A DNA stretch of 64,000 bases from Sphaerodactylus townsendi (taxonomy: Eukaryota): contig NC_059435.1 in the NCBI RefSeq assembly GCF_021028975.2, positions 44,826,001-44,890,000 on the forward strand, read 5' to 3'. The notes under the pieces are model-generated. The model had not been told where the DNA came from and ran no database searches. It saw only the letters and a program-made list of their open reading frames with translations. Below, one piece after another: positions 37,283 through 50,335 of the stretch. The position numbers were made by a program, and so were the translations under genes. The stretch's first letter is position 1. Every line of letters starts with the position of its first letter.

Positions 37283-40200
37283 TAGGATGAAAGTTTCACA
37301 ATACTGGAATGAACGCTGAAACCGTTGTTATAGCTGAGGACAACCTCACTCTCATGGGTAATGAGATGCTGAACAGTCTTAATGGAAGAGCTTCATTTAT
37401 ACTATTCTTTTTTCACCGGAGCTGATATTGACAGGGCTAAGAGTAAGCTAGTGTAGACAAATATCAGAAATGAAGTAGCTGAAGTTGGACTGTCATCTCC
37501 CCCTCCCCCCCGAGATAATACAAGTAAGAAATTTGCTTTTATTTCCACACATGCTTTTCCTGGTGGATTTTATTGTATGCGTTGACTCACCTCCCACTCT
37601 GCCCACCTTATCAACACCCAAATCTGCCCCGCCAAAAGCTACCGATGCAGCCAATTTCAGCCTTGAAGGTGTCAAGTTCTGGTGTATGTGCAGCAGTACA
37701 AACAGTTCAAAACAAGCCACCTCTCATTCCCAGTGGCTGTTGGGTTCAGAGACAGCAGCCTTGTGAATCTTCAGCAAATTCAAACGGTAAATAATGTGAC
37801 GAACAGAATAAAGGAGCCCTGGCAGAGATGCTCATCTGCCATCTTCTGACAAGGAGCACTTGAGGCAAGTTTGGCTTACCAACTTGACATTTCGTTGGAA
37901 GTTCTTTAGTGTCAGCTTTCTCAAGCATAGCCAGCACTCTTTGAAGTTAAGCTGATTTGGCGGATAAAAATTGCAGCTACCTTGTCAGCCAGTTCCTTTC
38001 ACAATGCAACCGAAGCCAAGGTCTGGGTAATTGTTCCTTTTCGTCAGATGCAGAGACACTGAAAGCCGTTTCAAGTTGAAGGCTGTATCTACTAGAACAG
38101 CAAAGCACCAGATGCTGACATTTTGGGGATTTCCTCTCGGCCCTTTGCAAGTCCTCAGGAAATTTACAGTCAGCAAGTTAATTATATCCATCCAGTAAAA
38201 GACCCCCTTGTCTGAGAGGGTCTTCTGTTTTGCTTCCTTACTTTCTCTGATAGAAACACATGAACAAGTCACAAAGCTTTTGAATGATTCTGTATGATCC
38301 TTACCAGCAAGCAAAAATTTTTTTTTAAAAAAAGTTATGTACAGCCATTCAGACCAATCAAGAAAGACAAGAAACATTTTTTCAGTGAAACTACTGTTAT
38401 GTATGACACTGAACATTAAAAAATGTTTCACAAGCTATTGCTCCATTGATTATGTATCTCTTACTTACTCTTCAAAAGAGACAAAAGAACTCTCTCTGCC
38501 TATGTAAGATGGCCAGAGAGCTAAACTTTGCAAGCCCAACCTTGGTGTGTAGACCCGCACTTTCTGGAATACAGGGGAGCACCATGAAGGACTTCTGTTT
38601 TGGTACCTCATGTGTAGCACTCTTTACCTTATCCATGACCATGGCATCTAGCATACGTTTTCTGAACCAACATTTTTTCCTTAGGATTGTCAGAGGTCTG
38701 CCTCTTATGCTCATTGGTTTTAATGCTGCTCTGAATAGTATTGTCTCTGTTTTTTTAGCAAAAAGATACCGAAAGATTTGGTTTAGTACATTTTTATTCG
38801 GCTGGGCTCATTGATTTTGTATGTTTATCTGTTGGTGACTTTGTTCACGTATTGCTTTTAACTTTGGGTACGGATGCTGCTTTAGACTTCACTGATGAGG
38901 GTGGGTATAACTATTTTGAATAAATACATTCCCTCTCTTTCCTCATTTTTAGTAGTTCAGCTGAAAACCCAGTTTTTATATTCATAGCCTAAAATGGTAC
39001 CTTCAAGTTGCTTTGACAACAAGTGTCTTTTCTGTGCTGTCAAAAGACACCCTATAGCTTCATACCATTTCACAGCAGGTTTAACTGGATAGTCGCAGCC
39101 TGTGTTCCGTTAGCGATACTTTCATTAGTTGGTTGTCATAGTTACCCTATAAGAGAGCCTTTTACATTTTGTTTTCAGAAAGCAATATCCCTTAAATTAT
39201 TACTTTGTTGAAAGCTTGCAGTCAATAGAGTTCTGTTTTCTGCTTGTTGTGCTGCGACTCCAGTTAAGGAGTGACATGCTATTGAATATTTCAAATGTCA
39301 GTTTAACCTTTGAATTAATCCCAGGAATCAACACTTTGCACAAAGCTGTTATCTTTTTAACAGCATATCCTAGCACAGAGTTGGATATAGAAAGAGAAGC
39401 CAGACATCCACAATTGCCAAAGGAGGAAAATTCTAAGGAAGGAAAAGGTGGGAAAGGCAGAGAGAGAGAGCTGTGGGAAAGGATGCAAAAAGCAGAAGGG
39501 ATACAAAGGGGCTAACAAATAATGGGAACCCTTAGATAGAGGCTGATGGAGAGAAAGAATGCTGAGTGACCAGAAGCACCCAGGTGAGAAACTGCTGGGA
39601 GGGGAGTTGAATCTAACCAAAGGCAGGCTGGAGATTGAAATAAGGCAAAACTCCCCTTTGTCTCAGTGATAAAGAGCATGCCTCAGAGGACTAGAAAAGA
39701 CACTTGTTCTTTGTTGCGTTGAGCAAGGGGTAGGACTTGCTTTCATGAATGCTACGTGAATGTACAGACAGAGATGGGCAGCTTGCAGGTCATGGGAACA
39801 AAGTGGCTGGGGAGGAGGAAACAGAAGGCTGGGGAAACATATTCATAGGCAGTTTTGCACCATTTGTCAGTCTCATTCTCTAGACATCCTATATCTTTGT
39901 ACCTTTCAGTGCAAACAAATACGGCTTGCCAAGTTATGCAGTTTATAAAATATTAGCTGTAAAATTTGGTGTGTACTGTTTCCACACAGTACTGCAGGCT
40001 GTAACAATCCTGCCTGCTGTACTTTTGGACATGAGTGATAGAGTTTTATAAAGCTCAAATGTTATGACAGATGGCACAAGATGCAGTAACCTGGGTGATG
40101 CAAAGTAGGTGTCTGTCTGTGCACACTTATATCTTTAGTTTCTTCTAAAGGAGTGAACATACATAAATGAAGCAGACAAAATAAATGATGTGAATTGGAT

Positions 40201-40293
40201 CAATGGATGCAAGCAGTTTACTTCCACTGTTGGCCAAGAAGGTGCAAAAATCAGGCTTGCTTGAAGTGCTATGACTCTCTCTCTGTGCATGGT

Positions 40294-40299
40294 TTTATT
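40294..40299 (-). terminator. Putative BZW2 polyadenylation signal AATAAA
   Basis: tttatt on + about 830 nt downstream of the BZW2 stop. Confidence 0.45.
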
Positions 40300-41126
40300 G
40301 TATGTGGGTCTTCTTCAGGCAGCTCAACTCTGTGAGGATACTACTTTACTATGGAAGTCACCATGAAATGAGAAAAGAACAGTTGTCTCAATCTTGTTTC
40401 CAATTCTGGCATTTACTCTGCTGTTGATCATTCTTTTTAAATTTCTTTTAAAGAAACTTTCCTTTAATCCACAGGTCTTGACTTCAGTCTATATGTTACC
40501 CAGTCATGCAGCAAACATTTTCCCAATGTAAATCTTGGCGATTTCTTTAATAATGCCTTTCACATGGAAATTCCCAATCCCACTGCATTATAGGATGCTC
40601 CTAATAATATCTGTCAATTTCATAGGGACTTTCCTTTCCACCAAAGCTCAGAGTGAGACCAAGGAAGTGGTGTTAACACACAAGCCATTATATGCCAAAA
40701 CTGTGCAGAGGCGTGATTTAAGATATAAAAGCCATTTAATTCCAAAAAAAATGGCAATGTCAAATCACAGACACAAGCAAATATTGAGCTATACACACTG
40801 AACAACTGTATGAACAGACACAAAAGTGTTCACATAGAGTACCTGGAGAGACTGCTAATAAAAAAAGGAGTCCATAAGTATTTCATTTCAGCTTTGTCCT
40901 ATATGTCTCCCTTGATGAATGCCTCTGCCTACATGAGCGCACAGTGAGGAGGAGTCCCACGTACAGCATCTAATGCCTCAGGGCTCTGATATTTTAGTCT
41001 TCTAAACAAAAGGAAAGCCTAGCCTAGATTTTTCGGTATGACACTGAAGTAGGAGTCTCTTGCTTGAACGGTACAAAAATTCCCCAGAAGAAGCAGTCTG
41101 CCGCAGCCTATACGTTTGTGCTTTGT

Positions 41127-41164
41127 TCAACCCTCTTGGTTTTCCTCACCTTCAGATTCAGATT
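41127..41164 (-). CDS. BZW2: BZW2 (5MP1) last coding exon (ESESEGEENQEG*)
   Basis: tcctag|AA TCT GAA TCT GAA GGT GAG GAA AAC CAA GAG GGT TGA. Acidic tail; phase matches the previous exon. Confidence 0.92.
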
Positions 41165-43758
41165 CTAGGAGGTAAAAGAAAGGAGAGAGGGATAATTTTT
41201 TCTACTTCTATGATAACAGATCTTACAGTAACTTTTATAAGATTTCTTTAATTAACTTCAGCGTGATTGTAGTCAAATGTACTCCATTTGTCTAGAGAAA
41301 GCTAAAGTAGATCAGTTATAAATGGACTGCAGCTTAACGAAACAACAATAATTGCTTAAGGCACCATAACTCCACTTAGTTGAACAGATTTTGGGTTGGA
41401 TACAGGTAGTTCACTAAGAGCCCCAAAGTGGGATGGGGAGCCGAATCCGCTTGTGGGAGCGTTGGGGTGGCCATGCTGACAAATTTGTCCTCTCCGGGGC
41501 ACTTATCCTAGCAGAGGGGAAGAACTGCTGCAGTGCAGCTACCACCCTCCCCGATGGGGGATGCAGTGCAGGACACTGTATCAACGTTGCTGTGCCTTCA
41601 GCCACTGCTGATGTAGCACAGGTGGGCTGGGGGCATGACTGGGGGAGGAGACAACATTAGTTGGCTCCCTCTGAGCTATCTGGCATGTTAACACAGGTGG
41701 CATAAGTGTGTTATGTGCTATAGAGGCTTCTCGACAGCGGGGAGGCTGTCATGCTTGGGCAGGTTCCCCAAACCACCAGGAAACCTCTTTGGGAGTAGTG
41801 GGGCAGCACGGCCATAGTGCCACAGCCGGCCGCCTGGTCTGTGTCTGGAGCTGTCAGTCTCATTCACTTCCTCTCTATACAACAGCCTCCATTCCCCATA
41901 GTTTTTGAATATGCAAGTCCCACATTTAGTACAATCCTTTTTGGTGGTCAAAGAGGATGCCTCTGACTTGTTTCACCAGCAGAAAAGGTAGTTGGATCCA
42001 ACACAGTTAGATCTAGCCCATAATGGGTAGTGTGACATAGAAAGCTGTATTGACAGAAGTGGACACAATTGCTGGGTCAGATGTCAAGACAGATTGATCA
42101 GTCAGCATTGTGAAGACTGATATATCTTTTCACACAACTATCATGTTCCTGGGCAATCACAAGGTGCCAGCTGGAGATGACTGTGAGTTGAATATACCCA
42201 AAGATTAAAACCACAACTGGCTTCTGGTGTGCCACAAAAAATCACTTGTTAGAGGAGCTTTTAGTGGTACATCAAAAACAAACAGGACCAATGGGGTGGA
42301 TGACATGACCCACACCTGCATAAACTGAAGTAACTGGAAAGTCAGCCCAAGTTGACTTTTGTGTAAAGCTCCTGCAAAGTAAAAGAGTTGAGTGAAAAGA
42401 TCACTAGACCATCCTTATTCTACTAATGCATTTTTTTAAAAAAAACTCCCATTAGAGTTCATGATTCAGACCCAAACTTCTGGGCAGATGATCTGTCCAA
42501 GTTTCACCAATATCCCTTCAAAACAAGGACCCTAATCTTCCTTAACCTTCCTATTACCGCAACTGGTCAATGCAACCTTCTGCTAAAGAGACAGGAACCG
42601 TTAGGAATCCGCACTTAAGACTATGAGCACCTTTAGCTATTCTGATTCTACTTCCCCACCAAGTCCCTCTCTATGTGCCTCTTCAGCAATGTCAACTTGT
42701 TTCTAATTCCTGTAAAGGCTTGTATGTAAAACCCATTGTCTCAGAAAAATAATAATTTGTTCAGATTTTGAGTACTACCTCCTTACTGAGAATTCTTCAG
42801 CCAGAGTTATTGTATCTGCCATAAACAAACAAAACTGATAGGAATTCAACACCAAACAAAAACACCACACCCAGGGGCCGAACTGCTGTCTGAAATATAT
42901 AAAATCCTAAAATATGTTTGGTAGATAATTAGTCCATTAAATAATCTTTCTAGTGTTGTGCGCTATGTGAAGTATCTCTTTCAGATTTGAATTATAAAAC
43001 CTTATCACTTTTGAAAAACTATATCCCTCGTTTAGCAACTCGAAATAAAAAAAAACCCAAAAGGCTGATGGAAACAGTGAAGCAATACTAAGTTTAGATT
43101 TTGCAGGCAAAACAAGAGGGAACTAATAATTACAGCCTGCCAACCACATAGATGGCTAATATGAGATTAGGCCAGGGGGAGGGGGGAAACTACTTAAAGC
43201 AGAAAGGAAAAGTTTTTCTCCACAGGAGCTATAAGATTGGGGGCTGGGAAACTCTGGGGATGGGAAAAAAGCAAAATTCTTTTTTATTTCATTCCTTGTT
43301 AACTTTTGGCGGACTCCACAGTTAAACTGTTAAACTTTAAAAATTTCCCTTGTCCCATTGAGAGGGTGACATTTCTTTTTCTACTCCATTGCTATCAGGG
43401 CAAGAGGAATTTTGTCCATTGACTTGAAATCAGATTTGGCCTTCAGTCAAAAACTCTAATGCATGTGCACAGACTTGCCCATGCAGGCTAAAATCCAAGC
43501 CACTACTTCAAGTGCATCCAAGTACTTTGGTTTGTGTGTAGGGTGTTTTGCTTTTTACTTACATAGAACAAACTACTCAGCTTCACAAAGGTGCTTGCCA
43601 CAAGGCATGAAGAACACCTGACTGAGAAATATATGAAAAGCCAACTAAAAGTTTCATGTCATACCCAGAAATGGCTGCAGTAATGGTGACGAGATAGGAC
43701 TGAAAATTGTGGAGGCATTACTGTATAATGTTTCAAGAACTACATACTGGAATTATGA

Positions 43759-43833
43759 ATGTTGTATAAGCACTGAAGAAGATTTATAGTTTGAAAACGC
43801 ATTCTTAGCGTGCAGGCGTTTTGCTGCCGACAT
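43759..43833 (+). ncRNA. Candidate type I hammerhead ribozyme
   Basis: Stem I agca/tgct extended by atgttg/cgacat; CTGAAGA; weak stem II; GAAA; stem III acgc/gcgt; NUH = UUU. Confidence 0.5.
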
Positions 43834-44245
43834 AACTACGAGCTACTTGCGTGCCACTGTTTGCTGCCGATACAGCTATGTACAACTTACTTGTTATGGT
43901 CACTATATTGGAGTGCAATTTGTATCTTTTTTACCTGTGATTCATTTAATACGTGGTGTAGTCCTGAAGAATTTTTTGTATACATAATTTGAAGCAATAG
44001 CGGAACATCTATGTCTTCGGACTATACTAACCCGCTTATTGTCGCCATTGTAAAACTTTATACATTTATGAATGGACTATCCCCGTTGATGTATGCTTCA
44101 TATACTGTAGTTGATGAATGAATTGTCCTATTGATGTATTTTTGATGTATTTTTGATGCACTTTACTGATGTTTACCTAAAGTTTCACATTTAATAATTA
44201 GAAGAATATACATTTCCCTAGTTGTTGAGCGAGTAATTTTTATCT

Positions 44246-44287
44246 GTACACCGCCCTGAGCCCTTCGGGGATAGGGCGGTGTACTAA

Positions 44288-44371
<84 letters not shown>
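44246..44371 (+). repeat. LINE/SINE-type 3' stem-loop followed by (AAT)27 microsatellite tail
   Basis: gtacaccgccct...agggcggtgtac 12-bp stem with inner ccc-TTCG-ggg. Perfect AAT run 44291-44371. Confidence 0.9.
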
Positions 44372-44372
<1 letters not shown>

Positions 44373-45374
44373 GGGTTTTGGCCGATATTGTTGCTTTGCA
44401 CTGCGCTTTTGCATCTCGCCTGTCATTGGTTTTCTATACCCATTAGTCTATCTAGCTTAGTATTTTTTGCTGTGCCTGGCAGTAGATTTCCAAGGTTTCA
44501 GGCAGAAAAACTCTTTCCCACGTCTTACTTCCTAGAATGTTCTAATTGTAAATACCAAGGATTGAACCTGGAACTTGCTGCATGGAAGACATCTGCTGTA
44601 GCACTGACTTGCGGCCCCTATCTGACAATGGAATTCCATGTGAGCAAGGGTTGTTTTATTCTGTGCGTGAATCAGAACCAATGGGGACATCCACAAAGAA
44701 CTGTCTCTAGCCCTGAAGTATCCCATATACTGAAACAGAATTTTTGTCCTGTAACCTAGCCTCAATGCTAAATAGAGTAGGCCAATATTCCATAATATTG
44801 AGAAGTGTGCTTAGCATAGAACAGCATCTAGTAAATGATTACTTACACTGTAGTATTTCCTCCATCCTTCCCCCAGTAAGTAATACACTGAGCCCTAAAG
44901 ACCTTGTCAGCATTTTAGAGTCACAACTCAAGTCTATCTATCTAGTTATACTGCTACACTGTAGTGGGCAAAATGCCACATAGCCACTGCTGGTGGTTGG
45001 CACTGGAAGTTGTCACCAGAGGTTCTTGGATGACAGGAAACAAATCCAGGTATTGTAGTGGGGAGGGCCAGTGGCAGACAAGGTAACTATTGAGAGATTA
45101 AGGAGGAAGAAGAAGAAAGCTCAGTGTTACAGTGTTTGCTTGACATGCAGAAGGTCACAAGTTCAATTCTCAGTGTCTGCAGTTTAAAGAATCAGACAAC
45201 AGATGATAGGAAAGACCTCTAACTGAGACTCTGGAGAACAACTGCCCATCTGGTAGACAGTTCTAACCTTGATGGATTATAAATTCATTATAAGGAAGCA
45301 TCATATGTTCAGTGGCAATCCAACTAGCTAATAAGAGATTAGCCAAGAAACTATTCACAGTCAGATAGTCATAC

Positions 45375-45497
45375 CTTCTTCAGCATTGTGCAGCCACTCA
45401 ACAAACTTCTTCATCTGATCAAGGAACACACTTTTGCCTTTAGCAACATGTGCCTCTTTGTACCACTTCAAGATGGCTTCTTCACTTAGGACATCAG
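45375..45497 (-). CDS. BZW2: BZW2 exon, W2 domain ([41 protein letters not shown])
   Basis: ttgcag|CT GAT...GAA G|gtatga. Contains W2-domain AA boxes. Confidence 0.97.
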
Positions 45498-48400
45498 CTG
45501 CAATTCAAAACCAGGGAATATCAATAGATTGTAAAAATCAAAATATCTGCACAAGAAAATGTTTTATTTTGAATGCTGCAAGTTTTATCTCGTCAAAGGA
45601 AGTAGTAACACTATCCGGTACTAGGCTGCAACTAGAAACAAAATCATTAACAATTTAACAGCAAATTATCCAATGCTTACCACCATTTCATATCACATAG
45701 AAATAATTTTGTTGCTGATTGCTAAATTTAAAAAGCTTAATAATTCAGAACATTCCAGAGTACTGGAATATAAGAATTGCTATCAGAAGTCAACCAGCTG
45801 TCCATCTGGTCTGGCCCATCCAGTTTCTGATAGCAGTCACTTCAATTCCTGAAAACATAAAAGATTATACTTATCCATGGTATTGCAGATATTCAGTCTC
45901 TGAACATCAAGATTGCATTCCAGCTTCTGTGGCCAATAGCCACCGAGTGGTTTATTCTACCAATTTTTAAAAATAAAGCCATTCATAATAATGGTTCCCA
46001 CCATAGGCCGTGGGACTAATTCCTGAGTTTCAGGGACCATTCAGGCACAGACAAAATCTCAAGCTGTACATCTTTTGTTTGGGAACCTGCATCCTCGGAG
46101 ACAGCTGATTTGTGTGCAATATGAAAAGATTAATCATTGGTTAAAAGTGGCACAGCCAAACTCCCCCTTGTGTTTTACAGAGCATTCTAAGCAGTTATAC
46201 CCTTTGGAGTTAATGAGCCTAGAAAAGTGTAACTCAGATCAAGGTTGCTCCATTAGTTGATAAGTCACGTAATATATGCAGTTTTCTTCTTAGTGTATGC
46301 ATACGACAGAACTCAGTCACAGATTTTCAGGGTATTTACAAGCATATTTCAAATGCAAAAATGTATTTTCCATTTTCTGTTTAACTATGTTTATAGTCTA
46401 CCTTCCTCACTGATACTTAAGGTGGATTACACAACCTAATCAATAGGATGAGGCATCTAATTAGTAGTGTACTTAAGGTAAAGAAATATGAAAACAGTCA
46501 GAATATTAGACATGGTTCAGAATACAGTTACAATCCAGAAAAATAGTATTACATCATTAGATACAATGTAAAAATAGTCGTAGATCAGTAGAAAAAAAAT
46601 GCAGTGACAGCAGAATAATACACAGAGTAAATAGATGTGGTCTATTTACAGGGGTATAATAATCAATTGATAGTATCAAAATGGCTATCACCATTCATGG
46701 ACTCTACTCAAATCTCTTCAACATGGGTGTGCACGCTTCTGCAATCAACAGACTGTTAAACCGTTTATGAATTACAGCCCCATCCAAAGGGGGGGGGGGT
46801 AAATCTGCTGCTTGAGGCACTCACCCAAGCAGAGGGGCAGATCCGTTGCAGCCCTTTGTGGTGGTCAAACATGGCGCAGAGTGCCACACTAGTGTTCCCA
46901 TGACCCCGCCGCCAATGCTGGCATAGCAGGGGCGATCTGGAGGCATGACCAGGGGAGGAGCCAACAACGCTGGTGCCCTGGGCTTTGGATTTATGCCCCA
47001 AAGGGAGCCTCCTTTTACTGGGGAGGGTTTTTAGTGGATTTTTTCGTTCCCAAGCCATTGGAAAGCCCTCTTGGGAACAGTGGCCTGGAGTTGCTGTGGC
47101 ACCACATCTGGGTGCCTGCCCTTTGAATGGGGCTGTTGGCTGACTGAAGATACAAGGACTGTAGCCCTCCTATAAGAATAAAAACAACAACAAAAGGGAG
47201 GGATCATTGGAGGAGGAAAAGCCACAGGGAAGTGGAGAAAAACTAAGAAAGTGTGCTTAAAAAAGAAGAATGAGGGGACCTTGAATAAGTCAGAAATGTG
47301 TACCACAAGATAACAAAACAAGTCATTGGTAGGTATTAAAAGATCAAAATTAAAGGTCCCTTTAACTTTGAGAAGGATTCTTTGTAATTTATTCATGCCT
47401 TCAGTACTTCAAGAAGGGTAATGTTCTCTTGTCATCAGAGAGATGCTCAATTAAGCAATCAGGAAGGCAAAGGCACAGTTAATCATACCCCTAGGTTGCT
47501 TTCTGAAGCACAATAATACTGAGGGGAATTTATATTCTACTATTTTTGATTAAAGATGATTAAGATGACATTTTAAATACTGCTGCAATTTTAAGTGAAC
47601 TTTTGTGGGACGTACAGTTTTTACTGCATCCTAAGGAATGTCAGCCTGGGTGAAGTGCCTGAAGTCATTTGTGAAAGGGAAAAAAACCAACAACAACCCT
47701 GGAGCCTTAACTCCAACCACCCACTTATCCAAGTGAAGAAGAAGAATCACAGAGAAAAAGGCATGAAACAGTGAACCAGTGTCTGATGGTAGACAATTCC
47801 CAATTGATGAGGCATGTCATGTAAATGATTAAAAAGACACCTATATGAATGCAGTTCTTCAACATGAGAAATACTGTTGGTTGGTAAATGGATGATGCCT
47901 GAGAATGTAGGGAAAATCTAGAACTGTTGTAGGATGAGTTAAAGAGTAGAGGTACTGAAAATTGATGTGTGGAAACAGTTTATGTATATCATTAGGTTTA
48001 AATCAGTAAAGCAAAAGTAAGTAAGCCGAGACTGAATATCTAAACTTCCTATGCACTTTCACACTTAGAATGGCAACACATTTAAGGAAGAAAAACTGCA
48101 GTTTCTAATCCTGATCTTTATAATGCCCCCCCCCCCCAAAGTGGGATGATTCATCGGGGTGCCAGAGAATGCTTTGAACTGCTTTCCCAGGCTACATATT
48201 ATCATTTGAGATGCACCTGAACCGTTTGTAGACTATTTGCCAAGGATGCAACTTAATGGCTGTGATGCATACAGATGTTTTCAAATATCTTGTTTATCCA
48301 CAGTCCCCTTGGAATTGCAAGCGAGTACCTGATGGATTAATATGAATTCAGAGATAGCTCCAAAGTAAAACAAGCAAAGTTATATCAGAGCGCTGATCTG

Positions 48401-49309
48401 CTGACCTCCTTGGTTTAGCCTGGCATATCTTCCATGTCACTGCAAAAGTACAGACATATGTACCTTGGCATATGCGAAAGATACCAGCTTCCCAGAGAAG
48501 AACCCATTATGCATGGAGTTCTAGCCTTGCTCTCCTTTCAGCTTAGTGTTCTCTGTATCCGATATGGCACTCTCACGGGGAGGGGTCCATCTGATCTCTT
48601 ACAACTGCGTGAAACTGTACTATGGCTGTACTAGATGGACTACTGGTCTAATCCAGCACAGCTCTTCATATGTTGATAGGCTTGATAGTTAAGGTATGCT
48701 CAGCATCCACTGGAAGGATACAACCCCTCAAATAATTGATTGTAACTCTCAGAGGATCAATTCTGAATATTGGAAGGCAAAAGGAAGACTTGTAGAGTAA
48801 ACCTTCTGAATACAGGCAGAGGAGTGAAGAAAAGGCCATCCTATGAGGCATAGTCCAGGATGATTCACTGGACTGCTTATAGCTGAACTGCATAAATGAG
48901 GCATCTGTATGTCGCATAAGCAGTATCCAGGTACATACATTATTCTTAGATTCCACACTGCAGAATGGAAGTACTGAAAAATGCTATACTTTCATTCAAA
49001 CAGAAGATATTAGTCCCCATACCATCTGCCCTTATCCCCCTTCTCCAGGCTGGAACACATACCTAACTGCATTATTTTTTAAAGAACCTCTGGCAAGTGC
49101 TGCAAAGCTATGTGGCAACAGAATATCAGAACAAGAGAAAGAAAGCTATAGAAATGGTGGCAAATATGCTCATTAGGGTATATTAAGGAAGCAGAGTCAA
49201 CCTAAGGTGAGGGGTAGGGCAACAAACAAAGACTGTCTCCATCAAATGCAATAAGACAATTCCATTGGAAGAGTCCTGAGGTTAAATCCAAGATTTCCCC
49301 TCCTCCCTC

Positions 49310-49468
49310 CCCTTCCCTTGCATGCCACCCCTCCCCCTCCCTCCCTTCCCTCTCCCTCCGCTAGAGTGGGTGGGCCATGTCCAGATGCTGGGCCCCCTCC
49401 CTCCCTTCCATGCCACCCCTCCCACTCTCCCTCTGCTAGGGTGGGTGGGCCATATCCAGATGCTGGGC
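49310..49468. repeat. Two imperfect tandem copies of a roughly 75-bp C-rich unit
   Basis: catgccacccctccc...gtgggtgggccat(g/a)tccagatgctgggc occurs twice. Confidence 0.8.
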
Positions 49469-49709
49469 TCCCACTGAGTGTTTCTTGTACTGCAAATGGA
49501 ATCAGGACAACTTTGTTCCTTTTCACTCTGAATGTTCGGAAGTCTAACCAGCAGCAGCACTAATTTCTAACTGTGCCTTTATCATATTTATCAAGACCTT
49601 TCTTGAAGACTAGCACCTGCAGAAAGCTGGCATCATACAACAGCACATTTGACATCATATTATAGACTTTTCAATAAAACCAGAGTTATACATATATATA
49701 TATATATAC

Positions 49710-49848
49710 CTTTATAAAAGAGCACCACAATCTTCTGAAAAGCTTTCATAAAGTGGATGTTGTCGTAACAATATTCCTGAACCTTTTGGAGAAGAATCAG
49801 CTCCGACTGGCCTTGGGTGCTGAACACGGCCAGCAAAGGTGCGTATTG
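49710..49848 (-). CDS. BZW2: BZW2 exon ([46 protein letters not shown])
   Basis: ttttag|CAA TAC...AAA G|gtatat. 139 bp. Confidence 0.97.
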
Positions 49849-50248
49849 CTAAAAAAATTAGAGGAGAAAAAGGTCATTTAATTAGTACTATGAAAGAGAT
49901 CTGAACATTACACTATGTGGCCACACATGAAGCTGCCTTAAATGGAATCAGACCTTCAGTTCAACAAGGTCAATATTATCTATTCAGACTGGCAACAAAA
50001 CTTCAGGACTTCAAGTAGATGTATTTTCCATCATCTACTGCCTGGTCCATTTTAACTGGAGATGCCTGGGATTGAACCTGGGACCTTCTGCATGCAAAAC
50101 CTCATACTTGCAGGGCTACCTTTTTCAGTATGTCTCCAAGAGCATTATCCTCTACCAACAAGAATCTACTAGCAATCCCTGGCCCCAAAAGTGTCTAGCT
50201 GTCCTCAATTAGAGCTAGAGGCTTCTTGGCTGTGGCCCCAGCCTAGTG

Positions 50249-50335
50249 CAGTGGTGGAGAACCTATGGCACTCCAGATGTTCATGGACTACAACTCCCAT
50301 CAGCCCCTGCCAGCATGACCAATTGGAATGCTCTG
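50249..50335. mobile_element. Half copy of the palindromic hAT MITE, inserted in an L2-like fragment
   Basis: cagtggtggagaacctatgg...ccaattgg, TSD gcctagtg/acctagtg. The host sequence (about 50150-50450) resembles an L2 3' end. Confidence 0.8.

Noticed and set aside
49700-49709. GTAT-starting BZW2 donor as a second U12 intron
   Set aside because: It reads GTATATAT, not GTATCCTT, and no TCCTTAAC branch site precedes the 45498 acceptor.
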